Shown here piece after piece: positions 24,490 to 31,102 of a DNA stretch of 35,517 nucleotides; position 1 is the stretch's first letter; each line of letters opens with the position of its first letter. A model generated the notes under the pieces. That model worked only from the letters and a program-made list of their open reading frames with translations. It did not search any database and was not told the origin of the DNA. This DNA is from a virus, in the IMG/VR virus record IMGVR_UViG_3300028897_000210; one strand, given 5' to 3'. The position numbers and the translations under genes were made by a program.

Positions 24490-25251
24490 ATGGAAATCTT
24501 TATACCTTCCAGCGGTCGCCCGCTCTCGCAGGTTACTTATCACGCACTACCCAAGGAACTGCGGGAGCGGGTGAAGATCGTTGTACCCCCTGACGAAGTC
24601 TGGGCGTACAGAAAATACCCCATCATCACCCATAAGCGCGTCGTGCGGGACATTTGCAAGGTGCGCCAGTGGATTCTTGAACGGGCACATAACAAGTTCA
24701 TCATGCTCGATGATGATCTTGTATTCGCCATTCGTAGAGAAGATGAGCCAACAAAGTTCCGCCCTGCTACGCACGCCGACATAGTGCACCTATTCGAGAC
24801 CGTTGAATCATTGCTTGGCGGTTACGCTCACGTCGGCATTGCCACGCGAGAAGGCGGAAACCGCAACACTGCAGACTATCTTGAAAACGGGCGCATGATC
24901 CGAGCTCTGGCGTACTGCGCGCGCGTAGTGCTGCAAGAGAAAGCTAGGTTTGACCGAGTGCGCGGACGTGAAGATTTGGACATGACCCTCCAGCTTCTAC
25001 GCCGTGGTCTGGACAATAAAATCGTGAATTGGGCTGTTACGAATCAAGGCGGCTCAAACTCAAAAGGAGGATGTGCGCAGTGGCGGACGTTCGAAGTAAT
25101 GGACGAAACCGCGAAACAACTCCATAAGCTGCATCCAGAATTTGTGCGGCTTGTCAAGAAAACAACCAAAACGGCATGGGGCGGAGGAACTCGCACCGAG
25201 GTCGTTATTTCTTGGAAAAAGGCGTTCGAAAGTGCGCAATCAACGGACTAA
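24490..25251 (+). CDS. GT-A-fold-like glycosyltransferase (DxD)
   Basis: 253 aa. It has an N-terminal beta-strand motif IFIPSSGRP, and FIMLDDDLVF about 80 residues later, which is the usual GT-A order. No search was run. Confidence 0.45.
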   Translation: MEIFIPSSGRPLSQVTYHALPKELRERVKIVVPPDEVWAYRKYPIITHKRVVRDICKVRQWILERAHNKFIMLDDDLVFAIRREDEPTKFRPATHADIVHLFETVESLLGGYAHVGIATREGGNRNTADYLENGRMIRALAYCARVVLQEKARFDRVRGREDLDMTLQLLRRGLDNKIVNWAVTNQGGSNSKGGCAQWRTFEVMDETAKQLHKLHPEFVRLVKKTTKTAWGGGTRTEVVISWKKAFESAQSTD

Positions 25252-26071
25252 AGACGTCGCCTATTGGATATACGAGCGCGAGCAAATCCGAATTAAGAAA
25301 GAAGCCGGTAAGCCTTCCCCGTGGACAAAGGATAAAATCCTCAACACTTATCGCTTTTGCAACGTCAACAGGGAAGACGATAGGGTAACTCGGTGGCTGA
25401 ATAAGCACTGGCGTCGGCCCTACCACGATCACCCCAACCTGATCCCCGCGCTGCTCTTGGCGCGCATGATCAACTGGCCTCCCACGCTGGCCGAGATTGG
25501 CTTCCCCGAAAAGTGGAATCCTGAACATATAATCCAGACCATGCACGCTCGCGCTGCTAGCGGAGAAAAGACGTGGACGAGCGCCTACGTAGTAACTACC
25601 TGTGGCAAGGCGATGGACAAGGCGGTGTACGTTGTTCAGAACGTTTGTGACAGCGTGCGGCGCGCTGGGGTAGGCTACCCTACGCCGCCCAGCCTTGAAG
25701 CGGTCTGGACAGCCCTGCGCGGGTTTGATGGGCTGGGGGCCGGGTTCCTCGCAGCGCAGGTAGTTGCTGATTTGAAGAACACATACCGCAACCCTCTGAA
25801 GAAGGCCCATGACTGGTGGACGTGGGCTGCGCCGGGGCCGGGAAGTCTCCGTGGGCTGAGCACATACTTTGGAACTAGCATAACGCGGAACAACTTTTTG
25901 GATAGCTTGCATGCCATGCAGGAAGAAGTGTACCCTATGCTGGGCGCTAGCGTACCGAGACTGTGCAGCCAGAACTGGCAGAACGTGATGTGCGAGATGT
26001 CAAAGTATTGGAAAGCCGATGAAAACAGAGGAAGACCAAAAGCGTACTATTCCCCGACAACGGAATTCTAA
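25232..26071 (+). CDS. alpha-glutamyl/putrescinyl thymine pyrophosphorylase (aGPT-Pplase)-like DNA base hypermodification protein
   Basis: The frame is open from TTG 25142. No in-frame ATG precedes the conserved region, so the probable start is GTG 25232, after GGAAAAAGG. The N-terminal stretch YEREQIRIKKEAGKPSPWTKDKILNTYRFCNVNREDDRVTRWL matches the family signature as I recall it. Confidence 0.5.
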   Translation: MRNQRTKDVAYWIYEREQIRIKKEAGKPSPWTKDKILNTYRFCNVNREDDRVTRWLNKHWRRPYHDHPNLIPALLLARMINWPPTLAEIGFPEKWNPEHIIQTMHARAASGEKTWTSAYVVTTCGKAMDKAVYVVQNVCDSVRRAGVGYPTPPSLEAVWTALRGFDGLGAGFLAAQVVADLKNTYRNPLKKAHDWWTWAAPGPGSLRGLSTYFGTSITRNNFLDSLHAMQEEVYPMLGASVPRLCSQNWQNVMCEMSKYWKADENRGRPKAYYSPTTEF

Positions 26072-26396
26072 CGGGCAATGGAAGAAAAATCCCAAAGAAG
26101 CGTGGTTTTGTCCAACCCATAAGCGATGGATGGTAGTGGTGACCGGGCACCCACTTTTTCCCGGGAAGAAATACGTCCATCGCGCAAGAAAAGTTATGGC
26201 AGAATATTTAGGGCGAGAACTTCTGCCCTCAGAGATTATCCACCACATAGATGGAGACCGCACAAACGACGACATTGAAAATTTAGAGATTACAACACGG
26301 CGCGGGCATAGGCTTGAACATCAGCAAGATTTAGAGGCCGGATGGACTGCTGAAAAATGGCGCGCGCACAGACGAAAGCGATGGAATCGTGATTAA
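26019..26396 (+). CDS. HNH endonuclease
   Basis: IIHHIDGDRTNDDIENLEITTRRGHRLEH is an HNH_3-type motif. It overlaps the upstream gene end by 53 nt. Confidence 0.75.
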   Translation: MKTEEDQKRTIPRQRNSNGQWKKNPKEAWFCPTHKRWMVVVTGHPLFPGKKYVHRARKVMAEYLGRELLPSEIIHHIDGDRTNDDIENLEITTRRGHRLEHQQDLEAGWTAEKWRAHRRKRWNRD

Positions 26397-26410
26397 TTCG
26401 GAGACAGCGT

Positions 26411-27433
26411 ATGAATGTGATTAATGTAAGGAACGTGAACTCTGCATTCTCAGAGGGTATGTGGCAGTTGAAGGTAATGGGGCGCGTAGAACAAACCCGC
26501 AATGGAGAGGCACTGGCATTCCAAGTTCCAGTGACCACCGTATACCGGATGCCCGAAGAGCGAGTGCTATTTGACTGGCGGAGGGACGCCAACCCTTTCT
26601 TCCATTTGGCGGAGGCCTTGTGGATGCTGGCGGGGAGTGACCTAGTGGATTTCGTCGGCCAGTTTGCCAGCCAGATGTTCGAATACTCGGACGATGGCGA
26701 GACCATCCACGGAGCTTACGGATACCGATGGAGACATCGCTTTGGAGTTGACCAGCTTTGGAACGCCATAAAGCTGCTCAGGAATGACCGCACTACTCGG
26801 CGCTGCGTGATTGGCATCTACGATCCTCGCGTGGATGCGATGTATACTGGGAAGGATCTGCCATGTAACACGATGGTGCATTTCCGCGTGCAGCCGGGAA
26901 ACTACCTTGACATGACGGTGTCCAACAGATCTAATGACATGGTCTGGGGGGCATACGGAGCCAATGCCGTCCATTTTAGCGTGCTACAGGAATTCATAGC
27001 ACGCGCGGCGGGGCTACGGGTAGGCGCATATTGTCAGGTGAGCAACAACCTGCACCTCTACAAGCACCACTATCACTTCGCGACGTCTCCCCCGGCGTAC
27101 GAATTTGAGCTCTACAACAGACCTGAGTGTAGATTCATTCCGCTGCTGCAAGTCAGCGAAAAGCCAGAAGCATTCATCGAAGACTGCGAGCAGTTGGTCA
27201 TAGAAGGAGCCGAGTACAACCCGTTTCAGACTTACTTTTTCAAGCGCGTGGTGGAGCCCATGCTCATCGCCCACGTCGCGCATAAGGCGGGAGACGAAAA
27301 GGGTGCGCTGGATAACATCGAGCGAATGGACCAGTGTGATTGGAAGGTAGCAGCGGATAACTGGCTAAGGAGAAGATACTATGCTGAAGAAGCAGAACAC
27401 CAATGGAATCGTTGGCTCCTCAGAAGCCAATAA
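26411..27433 (+). CDS. divergent thymidylate synthase (ThyA)-family enzyme, possibly a dUMP hydroxymethylase
   Basis: 340 aa with GGAGA before the ATG. It has HGAYGYRWR, the catalytic-Cys motif DLPCNTMVHF, and NRSNDMVWGAYGANAVHFSVLQE with the Asn retained, which implies a uracil substrate. Confidence 0.75.
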   Translation: MNVINVRNVNSAFSEGMWQLKVMGRVEQTRNGEALAFQVPVTTVYRMPEERVLFDWRRDANPFFHLAEALWMLAGSDLVDFVGQFASQMFEYSDDGETIHGAYGYRWRHRFGVDQLWNAIKLLRNDRTTRRCVIGIYDPRVDAMYTGKDLPCNTMVHFRVQPGNYLDMTVSNRSNDMVWGAYGANAVHFSVLQEFIARAAGLRVGAYCQVSNNLHLYKHHYHFATSPPAYEFELYNRPECRFIPLLQVSEKPEAFIEDCEQLVIEGAEYNPFQTYFFKRVVEPMLIAHVAHKAGDEKGALDNIERMDQCDWKVAADNWLRRRYYAEEAEHQWNRWLLRSQ

Positions 27434-27677
27434 GGTTCAGGTTGGCGGCGACCACTATGCCAAGTTCGGACAATGGCAGCACTGGGATGTCGTTCACTAC
27501 TTCAACCTCGGGTACTTTGAAGGCCAGATCACAAAGTACCTCTTCCGGTGGAAAGACAAAGGCGGAGTCAAGGACCTCGAAAAGGCCCAGCATTTTCTGC
27601 AAAAACTCATTGAAATAGCCAAGGCCGAGCAGGACGAAGGAGCTGAACCGGGGCCGGGCTACGTCAAGCAAGATTAG
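27381..27677 (+). CDS. DUF3310-family protein
   Basis: AAGGAGAAG precedes the ATG. QVGGDHY...GQITKYLFRWKDKGGVKDLEKAQHFL matches the DUF3310 pattern. Confidence 0.7.
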   Translation: MLKKQNTNGIVGSSEANKVQVGGDHYAKFGQWQHWDVVHYFNLGYFEGQITKYLFRWKDKGGVKDLEKAQHFLQKLIEIAKAEQDEGAEPGPGYVKQD

Positions 27678-27859
27678 CTTGCCATCAGTTTTGACAGGCG
27701 TACCATAACCCTACTGCCTCCCGCGCGTGGGAGCGGGGCTAGCGACAGGTTGGAGTCGCGCACACAGAGGACCACTGATAAACCCTCGTGTGCATCCTTA
27801 CACCCGAGCCGGGGCGGGTTCCGACCTCCCGGCCTTCCTATGCTCGAAAGGATAATCAC

Positions 27860-28093
27860 ATGTGGACTAGTCTTAGCCGTTATGACGGCAGCGATTTGGA
27901 TCATTCGTCTTTGCTTGGGTTGGTAGAAAAGGTATTCGAGGAAGGGGACCACTGCCTTGATTGCCTGCACTGCCGCCAAGAAAGGGAACGGTACGAATTC
28001 TGGGGCATGCGCGGCACGCGCGTAGAGTACTGCTGCGAAGTCCTGGAAGGCGATGTCTCCCCTTCTCAATGTCCCGGAGTAACCCATGAATGA
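27860..28093 (+). CDS. Cys-rich small protein (probably metal-binding)
   Basis: ATG 27860 follows AAGGA, and the track start is 27788. It contains HCLDCLHC...YCCE...QCPG. Confidence 0.5.
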   Translation: MWTSLSRYDGSDLDHSSLLGLVEKVFEEGDHCLDCLHCRQERERYEFWGMRGTRVEYCCEVLEGDVSPSQCPGVTHE

Positions 28094-28259
28094 CTTACGG
28101 TTTCGTAGGACCCTCCCCATGCACATGAACAACGGCACTCCTTGGGAGGACGAGCTCGCTCGCAGGGAACGCCAAGACTTCTGGGCAAGCGTGATCTTTG
28201 TGGTTGGCCTAGTAGGTCTGGGAATAGCGATCGGCTGGGTGCTGGGGAAAGTGCTATAA
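28086..28259 (+). CDS. 57-aa protein with a C-terminal TM helix
   Basis: It overlaps the upstream stop. The product is MNDLRFRRTLPMHMNNGTPWEDELARRERQDFWASVIFVVGLVGLGIAIGWVLGKVL. It is absent from the track. Confidence 0.45.
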   Translation: MNDLRFRRTLPMHMNNGTPWEDELARRERQDFWASVIFVVGLVGLGIAIGWVLGKVL

Positions 28260-28565
28260 ATGAAACTCACCGACAGACCTACGCCGGAGACGGATGCACG
28301 GGCAATGGAGGGATGGGTGCTGGTGCCGAGGGAGCCGACTCCTGAAGTCATTGAACTGCTGGCGAATCCCCCAACCACTGAAAATCTTGAAGCACCAGAA
28401 TGGTATGAGTGCTGGTGGGAGATGCTACTTCGAGCCGCCGCACCAGCGCAGAATGCGGGGGATGCAGAAGTGGCGCCTCGCGCTACTGACGGCCATGTAA
28501 GTGCGACTTCTACGCGCTCTGAGCATGCCTCTGCCTCGCCCGCGCCAACTGAGTTTGAAAAATGA
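28260..28565 (+). CDS. hypothetical protein
   Basis: 101-aa ORF whose ATG directly abuts the upstream stop. Confidence 0.55.
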   Translation: MKLTDRPTPETDARAMEGWVLVPREPTPEVIELLANPPTTENLEAPEWYECWWEMLLRAAAPAQNAGDAEVAPRATDGHVSATSTRSEHASASPAPTEFEK

Positions 28566-28828
28566 TGAATTCATGGCCCTTCCCCAAAGTAATCCAAGAC
28601 CTCAGAGTTGCGCAGCGCAACGAGTTGAAGCCATACTTCCAATACTGTATGGATCGCTGGAACGTGGGAGATGAAACTCGCGCGCTGGCATGGATAAATG
28701 CCAGTCACGATTTCACTAGGGCGCTGGCGTGCTACCGAGCCATTTGGCTCATGGACCAAAAGCTCCAGGCTTTGTCACAACGCACGCAGCCGGGGCCGCA
28801 TAGGGTACCCCCAGCCCAGCGCAGCTAG
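28562..28828 (+). CDS. hypothetical protein (last plus-strand gene)
   Basis: 88-aa ORF with an ATGA-type overlap. Confidence 0.55.
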   Translation: MMNSWPFPKVIQDLRVAQRNELKPYFQYCMDRWNVGDETRALAWINASHDFTRALACYRAIWLMDQKLQALSQRTQPGPHRVPPAQRS

Positions 28829-28870
28829 GCTGTCCAGACAGCCCTACGCCCTCCGGCTAGGCAAGAAAAA

Positions 28871-28889
28871 GGCCCGCACTAGGCGGGCC
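28871..28889 (-). terminator. rho-independent terminator of the late operon (convergent junction)
   Basis: GGCCCGCactagGCGGGCC. On the minus strand it is followed by TTTTTCTT, and it lies 41 nt after the stop at 28930. Confidence 0.75.
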
Positions 28890-28929
28890 TTAAAGGCGCT
28901 GCTCAGAGGAGGGTAGAACTTGGCCCGAA

Positions 28930-29283
28930 CTAGTTTTGCTTCGGCTGCCGAATTAGGTTAAGCCACGAACCTCCAGGACAGACGTCTTCGGGCGGGTAGG
29001 CCGGAGTCCACGTCCCGCCCATAGCGGTGCAGAGGCGTTCCTGCTGGCCAGTGACCGTGGCCCCAATGACGAGCAAGGACGCGGCGAGTGCCACAATAAG
29101 CGCGGTGGCGACTTCACCTTTTTGAGATTTCCTGCGAAGTGCTTTGGATAGCATAGCTGTTCCTTTATCTGTTTGGTTGAATTTCTTGGCAACGCTGACT
29201 GGGACGCCGACCCTGCGCGCGAACTTTGGGTCGTGCGCGGCTGCCGCCATCATTCTCGCCTGTTTTGCGCTTTTGCTTGGCAT
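28930..29283 (-). CDS. DUF3008-like N-terminal domain fused to a TM helix and a Cys-containing tail
   Basis: GGAGG precedes the ATG. MPSKSAKQARMMAAAAHDPKFARRVGVPVSVAKKFNQTDKG is DUF3008-like from memory. The TM helix is VATALIVALAASLLVIGATV. It is the last gene of the late operon. Confidence 0.55.
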   Translation of the reverse strand: MPSKSAKQARMMAAAAHDPKFARRVGVPVSVAKKFNQTDKGTAMLSKALRRKSQKGEVATALIVALAASLLVIGATVTGQQERLCTAMGGTWTPAYPPEDVCPGGSWLNLIRQPKQN

Positions 29284-29323
29284 CTTCTACCTCCCCGTTG
29301 ACGAGACCCTTGTATTGAATTAG

Positions 29324-30058
29324 TCAGGTCTTGATGATCTTGAACATCACAGCCGAGGGTTGCAGGTTGTTATGCGCCCCGTTACCGCCTGTTCCGTTAT
29401 CCGTAATCGCCCGATTCGGCGTTGATGTTGTCCCCGAATAACTTGCCAGCCCGCTGACTCCGCCAGCCTGACCGTCTGAGCTTGAAACATAATGAGTATG
29501 CGACGGGATTTCCGCAGAGGTCAGCGTATGGGTAGCAGCGCCACCAGAGTCGCCGACGTTGGGGCCGATCACGCCGGGATAAGTGGTTCCCCTGCCGATG
29601 GTCGCCTTGCCGTTCAGGTTCGGGACGGCGAAGGTCGTGCTGCCGTCACCAGCGCCCCACAGAACACCAATGGCTGCGAACAGGGCAGCGTAGGTTGTGC
29701 GGGATACAACTGCACCGTCGCACGGCAGGTATCCGGCTGGCGGGGTTGCTCCGGCGTAGTCCAGCACCGTGCCGGTAACGACTTGCGATGGAACGGGGAT
29801 GCCACCGATAGCTGCTGCGATCGCAGCATCTACCTCCTGCCGCTGTGGGACTTGGCTACCGGTAGCGCCAGCAGGAACAGTCAGCGGCCCAGACAACGCG
29901 CCGCCTGTCAGGGGAACATAACGCGCATCCGCATCATCCCTCGTGATGTACTGCGTGTTGACCAGATACCACGCCTGTCCGTTCCAGCGAAACGTGATGC
30001 CAGCCGCAGGGTTGTAAGTCTGCCCGATGGTCGGGTTAGGCGGAAATTGGAAAGCCAT
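29324..30058 (-). CDS. tail fibre protein with phage tail-collar domain
   Basis: GTVLDYAGATPPAGYLPCDGAVVSRTTYAALFAAIGVLWGAGDGSTTFAVPNLNGKATIGRG followed by GGAATHTLTSAEIPSHTH is the classic tail-collar pattern. Confidence 0.85.
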   Translation of the reverse strand: MAFQFPPNPTIGQTYNPAAGITFRWNGQAWYLVNTQYITRDDADARYVPLTGGALSGPLTVPAGATGSQVPQRQEVDAAIAAAIGGIPVPSQVVTGTVLDYAGATPPAGYLPCDGAVVSRTTYAALFAAIGVLWGAGDGSTTFAVPNLNGKATIGRGTTYPGVIGPNVGDSGGAATHTLTSAEIPSHTHYVSSSDGQAGGVSGLASYSGTTSTPNRAITDNGTGGNGAHNNLQPSAVMFKIIKT

Positions 30059-30067
30059 GTTGATTCC

Positions 30068-31102
30068 TTAAGCAGTTCGTTGCCAGTAGTAAACGGCGAG
30101 ATATGGCTGACGGTTTTCGTGCGGCGTACTAGAGCCACTTGAATTCGATGTTCCGGTATGCGAATGGGTTCCTGCGGATTCCGCGGAGATGCTCATAGGG
30201 CTGGAGACGAAGGTGGTTCCAGTGCCATAAGCCTGCACGGCTTTTGGATCTGAGCCTCCATCTGATGAGTATGTAGTCCCACCTAAAGTGTGTACGTGCG
30301 CGCCATCTGGGTTAGTCGTGAATGGATGACTATGCGATCCATTTTCAGCCTCAGTCAGCGCATGGCGTGCCTCACCACCTTCCTCACCCGCGGCATAAGT
30401 ATCACTGCCGAGAGTGCCGACACCGAGCAGGACACGCCCTGCCGCAATCTGCGACCACGTACCGCCGAGAAATCCTGCCGGACTTGTATTTCCCGCAGTG
30501 ATGTAGACAGCCCCGATTGGAAAAGCATTGAGCAACTGGCTAGCAGGAACTTGTCCGCCTGAGTCCAGAGTTGCTACCCCATCCGGCGCACCTTTTTCAT
30601 CGTAGGGTACAAAATCTCCCCCAGTTGGTCCAAGCGAGATGAGCGTGCGCGTTGCATCAGGATTGACGTACTCCATGAGATACGCAGCGTTGTCGCTGTC
30701 GTACCACGTCTCACCTTGCTTCATGTCAGCAGGTTCATCATCCTGCACATTGATGAACGACGAAATACCCTCTGCGGTCTTACCTGAAGCGAGCGCGATA
30801 CCTTGATCAGTGATGGCAAACACATCTTGCCCCCCGACCGAGTACCAGAACTCATTCGCACCCTTACGGTACCACCCCGATGATGGCTCATTCGTCCACG
30901 AAATACCCGGCGCGCTGATAGTGCCGTCCGCATTCTTAAACGGCCCAGCCATACCGCCAAGGCCAGTACGAGAAAGTGAATCAGTTAATGCAAAAGCGAT
31001 GTCCTCCATTGTCGGATTGGCCCAATCCGTTTCAATGATGGTACGCGGAACAACCGGATTACCCGGCGGCAGCGTGTAATTTCCTGATGCGTCGCGTGGC
31101 AT
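30068..31102 (-). CDS. tail fibre protein (conserved podoviral N-terminal anchor plus an HxH C-terminal domain)
   Basis: The N-terminus is MPRDASGNYTLPPGNPVVPRTIIETDWANPTMEDIAFALTDSLSRTG. The C-terminus carries GGEARHALTEAENGSHSHPF, GAHVH and GTHSHTG. Confidence 0.8.
   Translation of the reverse strand: MPRDASGNYTLPPGNPVVPRTIIETDWANPTMEDIAFALTDSLSRTGLGGMAGPFKNADGTISAPGISWTNEPSSGWYRKGANEFWYSVGGQDVFAITDQGIALASGKTAEGISSFINVQDDEPADMKQGETWYDSDNAAYLMEYVNPDATRTLISLGPTGGDFVPYDEKGAPDGVATLDSGGQVPASQLLNAFPIGAVYITAGNTSPAGFLGGTWSQIAAGRVLLGVGTLGSDTYAAGEEGGEARHALTEAENGSHSHPFTTNPDGAHVHTLGGTTYSSDGGSDPKAVQAYGTGTTFVSSPMSISAESAGTHSHTGTSNSSGSSTPHENRQPYLAVYYWQRTA

Noticed and set aside
23801-24543. Minus-strand ORFs of 224 aa (poly-Phe/Val/Leu) and 150 aa (poly-Ser)
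   Set aside because: They are mirror-image artefacts of the GAA/GAC codon repeat. The plus-strand gene has an SD and a promoter.
25205-25912. A 235-aa minus-strand ORF
   Set aside because: It is antisense to the aGPT-Pplase-like gene.
27678-27859. A possible tRNA, because of a GGTTCCGACC T-loop-like string and several hairpins
   Set aside because: I could not fold a cloverleaf. The stems flanking gttccga are not complementary, the best 5-bp stem encloses an 8-nt loop rather than a 7-nt one, and there is no acceptor stem.
27674-28378. A 234-aa minus-strand ORF
   Set aside because: It has the Ser/Arg/Ala-rich composition typical of GC-rich antisense frames. The plus strand here has tightly coupled small ORFs with SD sequences and ATGA-type overlaps.
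29324-31102. A diversity-generating retroelement acting on the fibre genes (as in BPP-1-type phages)
   Set aside because: No reverse transcriptase ORF is present anywhere, and I could not see a template/variable repeat pair.
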